Below are positions 19,396 through 31,657 of a stretch of DNA of 64,000 bases, in pieces. The stretch spans positions 672,001 through 736,000 of the forward strand of contig OZ240219.1 of assembly GCA_965197645.1 (NCBI GenBank), given 5' to 3'. The position numbers and the translations under genes are program-made. The number at the start of each line of letters is the position of its first letter. Positions within the stretch are counted from its first letter, which is position 1. This DNA comes from Dehalococcoidia bacterium (GTDB lineage: Bacteria > Chloroflexota > Dehalococcoidia > Plut-88900). Below the pieces are notes generated by a model, which was not told the DNA's origin, did not search any database, and saw nothing but the letters and a program-made list of their open reading frames with translations.

Positions 19396-20181
19396 TCAGC
19401 TCAGCTCCATGATCGAACGTACAGCGGTGTAGACCGCCAGGGCAAGCACCATAACGGCAAACCCCCGTGTGAGCGCCGCGGTGGTCAGTTTCCCCGCCAC
19501 CAGAGAGCCGGCGCCCACTCCCACCAGTCCCGCCGCGCCGAAGGGTAGGATCACCTCCCACGGCAGGGACTCGGTGTCCAGGCGGGACAGCAAGGCGGCC
19601 ACAGAGTTGATCACCGTCACCAGAAGCGCCGTGCCGATAGCCTCGTGGATGGCATACCCTAGTACGAAGATCAGAGCGGGCACGATGATGAACCCGGCGC
19701 CTATCCCGTAGAATCCCGTTACGAACCCGACGGCGGACCCGGCGGCGACCACCTTCAGCACGACCGGAGCAGAGGCGAGAGCCACTTTGTTCCCATCGCC
19801 TACGTCATGGCCTCTATCAACCGGGACTGGGCGTGACCTGGCTATCGCTCCTGCGGCCAGGACCATTAACCCAGCGAGGGAGAGAAGCAGCACGTCCGGG
19901 TCTAGGGCCCGGTTGAGAAATGAGCCGCCCACCGATGCCCCCACCCCCGCCATGCCAAAAACGCTGCCCGAGGCGAACCGCACCCGGCCGGCCCTCGAGT
20001 AGATCGCCATGCCGGCCAGAGACACGAGGCCTACCACTATCAGCGACACTGTGACCGCCTCTCTGGCCTCCAGGCCCGCCAGGTAGACGAGGAGCGGCAC
20101 CGCGATGATCGATCCGCCGGCGCCCAAGGCGCCTTGGGCAACACCGATAGTCAGCCCGAGAGGTACGGTCAACCACTCCAT
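19396..20181 (-). CDS. sulfite exporter TauE/SafE family
   Basis: Two G.GG/G.GAG..VP.L repeats, about 8 transmembrane segments. Confidence 0.88.
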   Translation of the reverse strand: MEWLTVPLGLTIGVAQGALGAGGSIIAVPLLVYLAGLEAREAVTVSLIVVGLVSLAGMAIYSRAGRVRFASGSVFGMAGVGASVGGSFLNRALDPDVLLLSLAGLMVLAAGAIARSRPVPVDRGHDVGDGNKVALASAPVVLKVVAAGSAVGFVTGFYGIGAGFIIVPALIFVLGYAIHEAIGTALLVTVINSVAALLSRLDTESLPWEVILPFGAAGLVGVGAGSLVAGKLTTAALTRGFAVMVLALAVYTAVRSIMELS

Positions 20182-20311
20182 ATGACCGCCCAGCGTCCCG
20201 GCAGTTCGGCGTGGGCTAACCGTACCAAGCTCGTTCCGGCACTACGGATGGACCCTCACCTCCCGGCGGAATCCCCTGTCAACGAGCACACGGAGACGGG
20301 TGGAGCCTGGT

Positions 20312-21544
20312 TCATGTCTCGTCAGGGCTCCAAACCCGCCCGCCCTTGACCGTCATAGCGGCCGTGATTCGCTGGTCGCAATGAATGGGCACCCCGTCGG
20401 TATCCTTGGTCATGAAGTCTCCCCGCTCCAGGTCCAGCACCGCCGCGTCCCCCTCCGCTCCCACCCGTAACGTTCCCAGGGTGTCCGACAGGCCCATAGC
20501 CGCGGCCGCGTTGCACGTGGTAGCGGCGATCACCTCTTCCAGGGACATCCCCATCGCCATGTAGGGTGTCATCACCTCCGGCAGCGTGTAGACCAAGGCG
20601 TCCGTGCCCGGATTCAGCTTTTCGTAGAAGCTCTGCTTGGTTATGTCGGTGCTGATGGTCGATGGCAGGATGCCCTGCTTGATAGCCGGCCTGGAGATGT
20701 CCTTGGCGAAGTATCCCGCGCCGATATCGAAGACGATTCCCTTCGATTTGGCCTCCTTCACCTCGCTGCGCACCCTGCCGTTTTCGTCCAGGATGTTGTT
20801 CTCGGCGCTGTGAAATATGTGGGTCACTATGTCGCCCGGCCGCAGCTCGTCGAACACCTGGGCCAGGGGCACCGGTATCCGGGCGACGTGCACCATGATG
20901 AAGCTGTCCGTCATCTCAGCCACCTGGCGTGCCCGTCTCAACGCCTCCTTAATGTTGTCGCCTCCGCTGATGTTGATGTCCAGCCGGATTTTCACCCCCA
21001 GCGCGATATTGGGATTGTCCTTGATGCACTGCACCGCCTCCTCCACCTGGGCGAACCTGAGGTCCATCAGCTCGCCGGCGCTTTCCGCTGGAAGCAGCGT
21101 TTTCGGCCCGCCGCTGATCACCACCGTCGGCCCGAACCCTCCGTGCCGCTGCTCGTGAAGCATCCCCAGCGCTGAAAGGTTGACCAGTGCCAGCAGCCGG
21201 GTCTTCTCCCGCTTGACAATGTACTCCCGAAAGCCATCGAAGTGGGTCCACCCCGAGCTGCCCGCGTCCAGAGTGGTGGTCACTCCGTTGGGCAGGCACA
21301 CCTGGTCGGCGGCGATGGAGAAGGGGACTATATGCTCGAAGTAGTGGCCGTGTATGTCGATCAGCCCGGGCGTTACCAGCTTCCCCGATACGTCCACGGT
21401 TTCCCGGGCCTCCTCGCCGGGGATGCCGGCCTCCACTGCCGCAACCTTGCCGCCTTTAAAGGCTACGTCTCGCACCCCGCGAAGGTGCTGACTGGGATCG
21501 ATAACCTCGCCGCCCTTTAGCAGAAGGTCGTATTTTGGGGCCAT
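20312..21544 (-). CDS. amidohydrolase/deacetylase family metallohydrolase (dihydroorotase-like)
   Basis: PGLIDIHGH, DAGSSG, GVKIR, MVH, THIFH and ISTD. Confidence 0.88.
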   Translation of the reverse strand: MAPKYDLLLKGGEVIDPSQHLRGVRDVAFKGGKVAAVEAGIPGEEARETVDVSGKLVTPGLIDIHGHYFEHIVPFSIAADQVCLPNGVTTTLDAGSSGWTHFDGFREYIVKREKTRLLALVNLSALGMLHEQRHGGFGPTVVISGGPKTLLPAESAGELMDLRFAQVEEAVQCIKDNPNIALGVKIRLDINISGGDNIKEALRRARQVAEMTDSFIMVHVARIPVPLAQVFDELRPGDIVTHIFHSAENNILDENGRVRSEVKEAKSKGIVFDIGAGYFAKDISRPAIKQGILPSTISTDITKQSFYEKLNPGTDALVYTLPEVMTPYMAMGMSLEEVIAATTCNAAAAMGLSDTLGTLRVGAEGDAAVLDLERGDFMTKDTDGVPIHCDQRITAAMTVKGGRVWSPDET

Positions 21545-21569
21545 TGAATGCCTCCCATGCGCTGGTTCG

Positions 21570-22487
21570 CTAGCCTTTCAGGCGTCGCTTGAGCCTGGTG
21601 AACCAGCCAGGTACCAGCAGTCTCGAAAGGTACCCCACCAGCTCGGCGTCCCCCACCAGGACCGGTTTCCTCCAGTTTCGGGGGTGCTTTGGGTCTTTGG
21701 GGTCGGTGGGACTATCGGTGGGGAAGGGCTCAGAGAATCGCCAGATGCTCCTGCGCCAGTCGTAGGTGAGGTTGGCGCCCCCGGCCTCGTTGATCAGCGC
21801 CATGCCACCGGCCACGTCCCAGATGCCGGGCCAGGAGAACAGGGAGTACTGGAGCATCCCGGATGCGGTGACCGCCATCTCGTAGGCGATACTCCCCAGG
21901 TTTCGGCCCTCTCCCAGGGGCGTCTCGGGCCCCGCCTTCTGGTGGAACCTTCGTCTGAACATCAACGGCATGATCATCAGCTGTCCGGGCTGGGGCGCCG
22001 GGTTGTTTCGCACCCGGATTCGCTCTCCATCCCTGAACGCCCCTCCACCGAGCCGGGCATGGTACAACGAACCCTCGGCTCTTCCCGAAAACGGCGTCCA
22101 GATACTTCCCACCACCGGGTGCCCCTTGTACAGCACCCCGATGGAGACCGCGTATATGGGGAAGCCGTTCAGGAAGTTGACGGTGCCGTCCAGGGGGTCC
22201 AGCACCCAGAGGAAATCGGCGTCGGGTGCGCCGGTGTCGGTCCCCTCTTCACCCAGGACCCGGTGGTCGGGAAACTTAGAGGAAATGGTTGACTTGAGGT
22301 ACTCCTCGCTCTCCTTGTCGGCCTGGGATACCGGGTTGGTCTTATCGTCCGACTTGAACTCCACGTCTATCGACTTGCCGAAGTGCCCTGTAAGGATGCG
22401 TCCCGCCTTTACCGCCATTTCGGTGGCCAGGGACTCCAGCCGGCTCAGCGTCTCGGTGTCAGGCTGTGGGGTCGGATCACTCTGCAA
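21570..22487 (-). CDS. inositol monophosphatase family protein
   Basis: GEE, WVLDPLDGTVNF and WDVAGG. Confidence 0.92.
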   Translation of the reverse strand: MQSDPTPQPDTETLSRLESLATEMAVKAGRILTGHFGKSIDVEFKSDDKTNPVSQADKESEEYLKSTISSKFPDHRVLGEEGTDTGAPDADFLWVLDPLDGTVNFLNGFPIYAVSIGVLYKGHPVVGSIWTPFSGRAEGSLYHARLGGGAFRDGERIRVRNNPAPQPGQLMIMPLMFRRRFHQKAGPETPLGEGRNLGSIAYEMAVTASGMLQYSLFSWPGIWDVAGGMALINEAGGANLTYDWRRSIWRFSEPFPTDSPTDPKDPKHPRNWRKPVLVGDAELVGYLSRLLVPGWFTRLKRRLKG

Positions 22488-22947
22488 GGCAGCTCTTCAG
22501 CAGTTCTAGCGCGGCCGTCGCAGCGCTGCATCGATTGGAAGCCCGGTCGCCTTCGAAGTGGTGCTCGCGGCAAACCTGCCGGTCTCCGGGGCCCACCAGG
22601 GCCGTGAAGAACAGGCCCACCGGTTTTGCCGCCGTGCCCCCTTCGGGGCCCATGACGCCCGTGGTGCCCAGCGCCAGGTCAGACTCGAGCAGGTCTCTTA
22701 CCCCCTTTGCCATCGCAATGGCAGTCTCTTCAGACACCGAGCCCTCTCTGATCATCAGGTCCCTGGGCACGTTCAGCACCTTCTCCTTGACCTCGTTGGA
22801 GTAGGAAAGCACGCCGCCGACGAAGTACCGGGAGCTGCCAGGGACGCCGGTCAATCTGTACGCCAGGAGTCCCGAGGTACAGGCCTCGGCCACCGAGACG
22901 GTCAGGTTTCTCGCTGTAAGCGTGGACGCTACCTCTTCTTCCAGCAT
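22477..22947 (-). CDS. CinA C-terminal / NMN deamidase (PncC) family
   Basis: VAEACTSG, PGSSRYF, GSVSEETA and KPVG; start placed at MLEEEV. Confidence 0.85.
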   Translation of the reverse strand: MLEEEVASTLTARNLTVSVAEACTSGLLAYRLTGVPGSSRYFVGGVLSYSNEVKEKVLNVPRDLMIREGSVSEETAIAMAKGVRDLLESDLALGTTGVMGPEGGTAAKPVGLFFTALVGPGDRQVCREHHFEGDRASNRCSAATAALELLKSCLAE

Positions 22948-23044
22948 CAAGTGCGGTACCTTTGGTAAGTTGGAGAACGACCTGTGCCGATTATAGTCCC
23001 GGCCGCGATTTCTGACCACATCTCGGCTTGCGGCGACGCCCACA

Positions 23045-23320
23045 AGAGGCTGTTTCAGAAAGGCGGATGTCTTCGTCCCACCCACCCGACCTCCAATGTC
23101 ATTCCGAAACGGAGCGCAGCATAATGAGGAATCTATAGTCCATGCCCTCAGCCCACCGTGCACCGACGAGCCTAACGGCTCATACGTGCGATCCCGTGAT
23201 CCTGGGGAGCCTCCGACGGAATCGGGCCGCGACCCCCAACAAGCCCCTTAGATTCCTCACTGCGTTCGGAATGACATCCAAGCTGCATAGGTGGCATGGT
23301 CGTAATGTGAACGGGCCCTA
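23045..23320. repeat. MITE-like element with two inverted GTCATTCCGAA..GAGGAATCT REP units
   Basis: Forward unit near 23097-23133, inverted unit near 23249-23276; the last ~115 bp match 31923..32040. Confidence 0.75.
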
Positions 23321-23929
23321 GCCGCCTACCTCCACACGGATGTCCGTCGGGGCGCCCGAGTTGGTGTCGTTCTGGTCCTGGGGGCAGGCGGAGACGCAGA
23401 CGTAGGAGTCCATGTCCGCCCGGATTATCACGTAGTCGCCGGGCTGGGTCTGAGGCGCCGCGATTCCCATCGAACCGTCGGGGTTGACCGGGAAGTTGGT
23501 GAACAGGTTGACCGGCTGGGGTATCTCGACCCCTGCCACTCCGATCGCCTCCATCTCCTTCTGCAGGTTCTCCTCGCAGCTGGCGTGCCATCCCTCCACC
23601 CCCAGCTCCCGATACCGGCTCGGGTTGCAGGCGGCGAACAGCAGGTCGTGGATCCCCGGACTGTGGTCCTCCACCAGCGTCATGATGGGCCGGCGCTCCT
23701 GGGTATAGAACCCGTCGCCCTCTATGGGGAAGAGCCGGTTGATGGACGGCCTCGTGTGCTCTGCGCTCAGGTACTCCCTGATGTTCTCGACGTTGAAGGC
23801 GAAGAAATCGACTGCCTGGCCACCCTCCGAGTCGATCACCTTGATCAGCTCCCCTTCGCTCACCCTGAACGCCCTGCCCGTTCGAGCGGGAACGTCGTGG
23901 TCCAGCCGTATCTTCGATAGCTCCGTCAT
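23318..23929 (-). CDS. DUF1989 urea-carboxylase-associated family protein
   Basis: GGQAVDF, HDLLFAAC, SCEENL, NLFTN and SACPQD. Confidence 0.9.
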   Translation of the reverse strand: MTELSKIRLDHDVPARTGRAFRVSEGELIKVIDSEGGQAVDFFAFNVENIREYLSAEHTRPSINRLFPIEGDGFYTQERRPIMTLVEDHSPGIHDLLFAACNPSRYRELGVEGWHASCEENLQKEMEAIGVAGVEIPQPVNLFTNFPVNPDGSMGIAAPQTQPGDYVIIRADMDSYVCVSACPQDQNDTNSGAPTDIRVEVGG

Positions 23930-23968
23930 GGTTGCTCCTCCACTATCTCTCATGGGGCTCCAGGGACT

Positions 23969-25222
23969 CTAGCCGGCCACTTCACACACGTCCAGCGCGG
24001 TATGGGCCAGCACCTTGGCGCACTGCACCATCTCGCTGATGTTGACGTAGTTGTCCGGCTCCTCTTCCCCGGCGTATATGCCGCCCGGCCCGTAGAGCAG
24101 GCACGGTATGCCCGCCTTCCACAGATGGCACGTGTCGTCGCCGGAGTAGGCCAGCGGTAGGACGGTGCCCACCTGCTTCGGGGCCGATCCCACCACCTGC
24201 GAATAGTTGCTCACTACCCGCTGCACGAAGGGGTGATCCGTCGGTATGTCGAAGGGCTCCATCACCAGCCAACGAGAGCTGCGGAAGCTTCGAGGCACCG
24301 GTATCTCCACCTCGTACTTCAGGTCCGGGTCCTCCCGGGTCAGCGGCTCCAGCGTGCGATGGATGTCCGCCACAATGGAGTCCACCGTCTGACCGTGGAC
24401 GAAATGGACGTCGATTATCGCCGTGCAAAAATCGGACACCAGGTACGGGTCGACGAGATCGTACTCCGGCCCCCGGCCGCCTATGACCGCGCCCACCTGA
24501 AGTATGGGCATCTTGGGCAGGTCCGGACGGGGCGTATGCGTCAGTTCGATGCCCCGCAGGGCCTTAGTCACCTTCTCCATCTTCTCTATGGCGTCGATGG
24601 CCCCGGTCAGGTTGCTCAAGTGCTTCGAGTAGCCGTAGGTGTGGACAGCCATGTGGACGATGCCGCAGTGGACGGTGGCGATGCTGTCCCCGCCGAAGGG
24701 CTCGGTGACGATGGCGTAGTCGGTTCTCAAGCCCTGCTCCAGCATGTGGTGAGTGCCCTCGCCACCCGCCAGCTCCCCGACCACGCAGGCCAGGACCAGG
24801 TCGCCCTTGAGCTGCACCTTGGACGTGCGTATCGCCTCGGCGGCGGCGATCTGGGTGGCTACGCCGCCCTTCATGTTGAAGGTGCCTGCGCCGTAGAAAC
24901 GGTCCCCTTCTATGGACGGCGTCCACGGGTCTCGCTTCCAACCCCGGCTGAGCTCGTCGATATCGATGTGGCCGTTGAGCATCAGGCTCTCGCCCCCGCC
25001 GGCGCCCTTGAGGGTGGCGATGGTCTGGTACCGGCCGGGCTCCACCTCCTGCAGCTCCACCTGGTACCCGCGACGCTTGAGCAGGTTGCCGATGTACCGG
25101 GCAACGGCCGTCTCTTCGTTCTTGAAGCTGGGGATCCTTACGATCCGGCCCAACAGGTCCAGCATGGCCCCCTTGTCCCGCTCCACCCTGCCGACAACCT
25201 TATCGGCTATGCCTTGGTCCAT
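23969..25222 (-). CDS. M20 amidohydrolase paralog
   Basis: NGHIDID, FNMKGG, VGEL and TEP. Confidence 0.88.
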   Translation of the reverse strand: MDQGIADKVVGRVERDKGAMLDLLGRIVRIPSFKNEETAVARYIGNLLKRRGYQVELQEVEPGRYQTIATLKGAGGGESLMLNGHIDIDELSRGWKRDPWTPSIEGDRFYGAGTFNMKGGVATQIAAAEAIRTSKVQLKGDLVLACVVGELAGGEGTHHMLEQGLRTDYAIVTEPFGGDSIATVHCGIVHMAVHTYGYSKHLSNLTGAIDAIEKMEKVTKALRGIELTHTPRPDLPKMPILQVGAVIGGRGPEYDLVDPYLVSDFCTAIIDVHFVHGQTVDSIVADIHRTLEPLTREDPDLKYEVEIPVPRSFRSSRWLVMEPFDIPTDHPFVQRVVSNYSQVVGSAPKQVGTVLPLAYSGDDTCHLWKAGIPCLLYGPGGIYAGEEEPDNYVNISEMVQCAKVLAHTALDVCEVAG

Positions 25223-25315
25223 TTTCGTCTCCTATCCGCCCGTTTGTTCCGAGGAAGTCCGTCACAGTACCGGGACTAAGAACCCGGTCGGGGTCTAAGC
25301 TCAATGCCGCCTCGT

Positions 25316-26557
25316 CTACTCTTGATTGCACGCCTCGTAAGCCGCAAGAGCGATAACCTTGGCGCACGTGTCCATCTGATCGATGCTGACGTAGTTGTCG
25401 GGCTCATCGCCGTCATCCCAACCCCCCGCCGGCCCGTAGAGCACGCAGGGTATCCCCGCCTTCCACAGGTGGGCCGTGTCGTTGCCCGAGTAGGAATCGG
25501 GCGCTTTGACCCCTATGGTAGACGGCGGGCTCCCGGTAACCTCTTCTACCTTGCGAGCCACCAGCTGGGGAAGGTACCCCTCGGTGGGCATGTTCATAGG
25601 TTCCATGGAGACCCGGGCCACGCCGTAGTTGGCGGGCGGCGGGCACTCTATCTCGTAGCGGAAGTCCCGGTCCTCGGCCTTGATGGCGTCCAGCGCCTTG
25701 CGGACGTCGGCTATAACCATCTCCTCCGTCTGTCCCGGCACGGCCCGGGCATCTACCAGCGCCGTGCAGAAATCGCTGACGAAGTTGGTGCCGTTCATCA
25801 CGTGGTCCCGTCCCAGCCCCCCGATGATTCCCCCCACCATGATGCGCGGCAGGGTCGGCAGGTCCGGGAAGGGCGGATGGCTCAGCTCCAGGCTGTTTAT
25901 CGCTGCGACCACCCTGGACATCTTACCTATGGCGTCGATGCCCTCCTCCTTCTGGCTCACGTGGCGGGAGTCTCCGAAGACGTTGATCGCCATCTGGATC
26001 CACCCTGCGTGAACGGTGAGGATCGATTCAGGGCCGTAGGGCTCGGGCACGATGGCCATGTCGGGCCGGGGGCCCCTCTCCAGCGCGGTGACCGTTCCGA
26101 TGCCGCCCTGCAGCTCGCCCGCCACGCAGGCGATGGTCAGATCACCCTTGAGCTCCAGCTTCGACTTTCGCAACGCTTCGGCGGCCCCTATCATCGAGGC
26201 GATGCCGCCCTTCATGTTGTAGGAACCGGCCCCGTACACCCTGTCCCCCTCGACGCTGGGGTGCCACGGGTCCCGGGTCCAGCCCATGGCCAGCGGATCG
26301 ATGTCGATGTGGCCGTTGAGCATCACCCGCTTTCCTGCGCCGGAGCCTTTCAGGGTAGCGATGGTCTGGAACCGGCCCGGGTCGACCTCCTGCAGCTCCA
26401 CCTCGTAGCCCCTGCGCCGGAAGAAACCGGCGAGGAAGCGTGCTACCGCCGTCTCCTCGGTTTTGAAGCTGGGTATCTTGATCAGCTTCTGCGCCAGATC
26501 CACCAGGAAGTCCCGTTTGATATGTCTGGTTATTCTATTTGCGGTATCGTCGGCCAT
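25316..26557 (-). CDS. M20 amidohydrolase paralog
   Basis: NGHIDID, YNMKGG, AGEL and PEP. Confidence 0.88.
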   Translation of the reverse strand: MADDTANRITRHIKRDFLVDLAQKLIKIPSFKTEETAVARFLAGFFRRRGYEVELQEVDPGRFQTIATLKGSGAGKRVMLNGHIDIDPLAMGWTRDPWHPSVEGDRVYGAGSYNMKGGIASMIGAAEALRKSKLELKGDLTIACVAGELQGGIGTVTALERGPRPDMAIVPEPYGPESILTVHAGWIQMAINVFGDSRHVSQKEEGIDAIGKMSRVVAAINSLELSHPPFPDLPTLPRIMVGGIIGGLGRDHVMNGTNFVSDFCTALVDARAVPGQTEEMVIADVRKALDAIKAEDRDFRYEIECPPPANYGVARVSMEPMNMPTEGYLPQLVARKVEEVTGSPPSTIGVKAPDSYSGNDTAHLWKAGIPCVLYGPAGGWDDGDEPDNYVSIDQMDTCAKVIALAAYEACNQE

Positions 26558-26632
26558 CGATTGGTTCCTTCGCTCCCATTATGGAACTGTACGATCTCGG
26601 GCACGGTGTTTTCTCCCACTCAGACAGGCGGC

Positions 26633-27880
26633 TCACTTCGGCTGGTTGCACACGTCCAGTGCCGTCAGGGCCATCACCTTGGCGCAGTGCTCCATCTCGC
26701 TGATCGATACGTAGGTGTCCGGCTCCTCCCCCGGACCTCCCCGCCCGCCGCCGGGGCCGTGGAGCACGCAGGGGATGCCCGCCTTCCACAGGTGACAGGT
26801 ATCGTTTCCGGCGTAGGACCTGGGCACCAGCGTCCCGATGGTCTTGGGGTCCCGACCCTCCAGCTCCCGGAAGCTGTTCACCACCGATTGGACTATGTAC
26901 TCGTCCTTGGGGATGTCCACCGGCTCCATAACGTGGCGCATGTTGTTGAACTTGGCCGGGATGGGGATCTCGATCTCGTACTTGAGCTCCGGGTCCCCCT
27001 TCTTCAGATCGTCGAGGGTGTGGCGTACGTCCGCCTCCACCGATTTCGAGGTCTGACCGGGCAGGATTCTCACGTCCCACAGGCTGGTGCAGAAATCGCT
27101 CACGAAGTTGGGGCCTTTCAGGTCGTGGTCCCGGCCCCGTCCGCCTATGACGTTGCCGCACAGTATCCTCGGCAGGCCGGGCAGGTCCTCTCTGGGAGTG
27201 TAGGTCATCTTCAGGTTGCTAACCGCGTCGATGACGGGAAACATCTTCTCGATGGCGTCTACGCTGTGCTCTCGCCGGCTGATGTGCTGGGATCTGCCGA
27301 TGGTGTTGATGGCCATCCCCACCACGCCGGCATGGGTGGTCATCACCGTCTCCGCGCCGAAGGGCTCGGCGACGACGGCCATGTCCGCTCTTACCCCGCT
27401 CTCCAGGGCGTGGACCGTGCCCACCCCTCCCTGCAGCTCTCCCACCACACAGGCGATAACGATGTCACCTTTGATCTGGGTCTTCGACTTTCGAACGGCC
27501 TCTGCGGCGATGATCATGGAGGTGACGCCGCCCTTCATGTTGAAGGCGCCTCCGCCGTACAGCCGATCGCCCACGACGTCCGGCGTCCACGGGTCCCGCT
27601 TCCACCCTATCGACAGCGGATCGATGTCGATGTGCCCGTTGAACATCAGGCTCTTGCCGCCCCCGGCGCCCTTCAGCGTGGCGATGGTCTGGAACCGGCC
27701 GGGGTCCACCTCTTGGAGATCGACCTCGTAGCCACGCTGCCGGAAGTACCTGGCCAGGAATCGAGCGACCCGGGTCTCCTCCGTCTTGAAGCTGGGAATA
27801 CGAAGTATGCGGGATCCCAGCGATATCAGGGCCTTCCGCGTGATCTGCCGCAGCACCCGATCCTTGGCGGCCTGGTCCAT
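26633..27880 (-). CDS. M20 amidohydrolase paralog
   Basis: NGHIDID, FNMKGG, VGEL and AEP. Confidence 0.88.
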   Translation of the reverse strand: MDQAAKDRVLRQITRKALISLGSRILRIPSFKTEETRVARFLARYFRQRGYEVDLQEVDPGRFQTIATLKGAGGGKSLMFNGHIDIDPLSIGWKRDPWTPDVVGDRLYGGGAFNMKGGVTSMIIAAEAVRKSKTQIKGDIVIACVVGELQGGVGTVHALESGVRADMAVVAEPFGAETVMTTHAGVVGMAINTIGRSQHISRREHSVDAIEKMFPVIDAVSNLKMTYTPREDLPGLPRILCGNVIGGRGRDHDLKGPNFVSDFCTSLWDVRILPGQTSKSVEADVRHTLDDLKKGDPELKYEIEIPIPAKFNNMRHVMEPVDIPKDEYIVQSVVNSFRELEGRDPKTIGTLVPRSYAGNDTCHLWKAGIPCVLHGPGGGRGGPGEEPDTYVSISEMEHCAKVMALTALDVCNQPK

Positions 27881-28084
27881 CTACTCACCTCCGGGGTAAG
27901 AGACTGCCCGAACCTGCCCAAGCCAGGGCCTGTTCGCAGTCGCGGCTAGTATATTATGGGCCTGGTGTCCTCACAAGGTAAGCGAGGCGTTGCCGTGCCT
28001 TGAGGAATAGATGCCTGCGTGCTAGAATCCGCTTTCGGGACCTCCCCACGTTCTTCGCTATCTTTTCCACCCCAGAGGCCCTCC

Positions 28085-29110
28085 ATGAGAGCAGTTGTCC
28101 TTCACGAACACGGCGGCCCGGAGGTGCTGAGAGTAGAGAAGCGCCGAAAGCCGGAGGTTGGCCCTCTGGAGGTCCTGATCAAGGTCCGGGCCTGCGGCGT
28201 CAATCACGTGGACCTGTACCTGAGACAGGGGGTCATCGGCGCCAACATACCCCTTCCCGCCGTTCCGGGACGCGAGGTGGCCGGCGAGGTGGAGGAGGTG
28301 GGAGAGCTGGTGAACGACTTCAGCCCCGGGGACAGGGTGACGGTGATTCCTCGATTTCCCTGCGGCCAGTGCGAGCCGTGCCGGGTGGGCCAGGAAGGGA
28401 TGTGCCAGCGGGCCGAGAGCATCGACGGGGGCTACGCCGAGTACACCAAGGCTCCCGCCTCCAGCTTGCTCCACCTTCCCACCGAGGTCTCCTTCGACGC
28501 CGCGGCGGCAACAGCCCTGGCATACCTCACCGCCTGGCATATGCTCATAGACCGGGCCAAGCTACGGAGCGGCGAGTGCGTCCTGGTGCACGCCGCCGGC
28601 AGCGGCGTGGGCAGTGGAGCCATCCAGATAGCCAAGCTCTCGGGGGCCCGGGTGATCGCCACCGCCGGCTCGGACGAGAAGCTGGCAAAGGCCAAGGAGC
28701 TGGGCGCCGACGAGGTGATCAACTACTCCAAGGACGATTTTCGCGACGCGGTCATCGGGCTTACCGAGGGGCGGGGGGTGGACGTGGTGGTGGAGCACGT
28801 GGGCGCCGACACCTGGGAGCGGAGCGTCGAATCGCTGGCCTACAACGGTCGGCTGGTGACCTGCGGCTCCCACACGGGCGTTTTCGGCCGGTTGAACATC
28901 CACGAGTTGTTCATCAAGCAGATATCCATAATCGGCTCCTACCTGGGCAGCCGGCACGAGCTGGACCAGCTGCTCAAGGTGGTGGCCCGGGGAGAGGTGG
29001 TGCCGATCATAGACAGCGTCTACCCGCTGGAGGGCGCCGCTGAGGCGCATAGAACGATGGAAGACCGGCGCCAGTTCGGCAAGATCCTCATCAAGCCCTG
29101 GCTCAAGTAA
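28085..29110 (+). CDS. zinc-binding MDR dehydrogenase / quinone reductase-like
   Basis: GVNHVD, CGQCEPC..C, AAGSGVG and FGKIL. Confidence 0.9.
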   Translation: MRAVVLHEHGGPEVLRVEKRRKPEVGPLEVLIKVRACGVNHVDLYLRQGVIGANIPLPAVPGREVAGEVEEVGELVNDFSPGDRVTVIPRFPCGQCEPCRVGQEGMCQRAESIDGGYAEYTKAPASSLLHLPTEVSFDAAAATALAYLTAWHMLIDRAKLRSGECVLVHAAGSGVGSGAIQIAKLSGARVIATAGSDEKLAKAKELGADEVINYSKDDFRDAVIGLTEGRGVDVVVEHVGADTWERSVESLAYNGRLVTCGSHTGVFGRLNIHELFIKQISIIGSYLGSRHELDQLLKVVARGEVVPIIDSVYPLEGAAEAHRTMEDRRQFGKILIKPWLK

Positions 29111-29138
29111 TCCAGCCCCCGGAATCGATTCGAAAAGG

Positions 29139-29171
29139 GGAAGGGGCCTCGACACAGTCGAGGCCCCTTCC
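29139..29171. terminator. hairpin terminator between convergent genes
   Basis: GGAAGGGGCCTCGAC-ACA-GTCGAGGCCCCTTCC perfect stem. Confidence 0.8.
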
Positions 29172-29198
29172 TTGTCTTCTTCTACTTCTGCCCGGCCG

Positions 29199-31162
<1,964 letters not shown>

Positions 31163-31212
31163 TAATTCTCCTCCTTTCCTATTCTTGGCTATTGTCTTCG
31201 ACTTACAGTATT

Positions 31213-31239
31213 TTAGCACTCGCAGCGCGCGAGTGCCAA
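31213..31239. promoter_or_regulatory. CIRCE element (HrcA operator)
   Basis: TTAGCACTC-N9-GAGTGCCAA upstream of groES. Confidence 0.92.
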
Positions 31240-31628
31240 TCCGGCCTATGGTAACCGCACGAGAGCGATGTTCGCAAACCCCAGCATACTAAGATAGAGG
31301 TATGCTCGTACACCTGACCGGACTGCCAGTAAACTATAGACCATCGTTAGACCTAAGTCTCTAAATCTCGATTATTCCACAGAAAACGCTGGAATTATCT
31401 TTGCCTCAAACCCTAGCATGCCCCGGCCTCAGCCGCTCGACTGGGACGGCTTTGCCGTGGGGCGCGTCTTCCAATAACCTCGGCAGCCGGAGAAGGGGGG
31501 AGCCCGACATCGGCATTGGATATTGCCGACGACCCCGCCGTGAAGGGAAAAAACCTCTGGGCTTTCGAGATGCAGGGCCCCGGGCGGGCTCGGTACGCTG
31601 TCGAGGCCCGCTTTACCAACATAGCGGG

Positions 31629-31657
31629 TTGAACCGCTACACGGTTACGTGTAAAAT
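31629..31657 (+). promoter_or_regulatory. sigma70-type promoter overlapped by inverted repeats
   Basis: TTGAAC-N17-TAAAAT ending 34 nt upstream of the HTH gene start. Confidence 0.55.

Noticed and set aside
25304-27949. 881-aa plus-strand ORF
   Set aside because: Antisense shadow of two in-register M20 genes in high-GC DNA; no recognisable motifs.
31400-31465. c-di-GMP-I riboswitch-like GGCAAA on the minus strand
   Set aside because: Lacks the GNRA-capped stem and the GACGCAAA segment.
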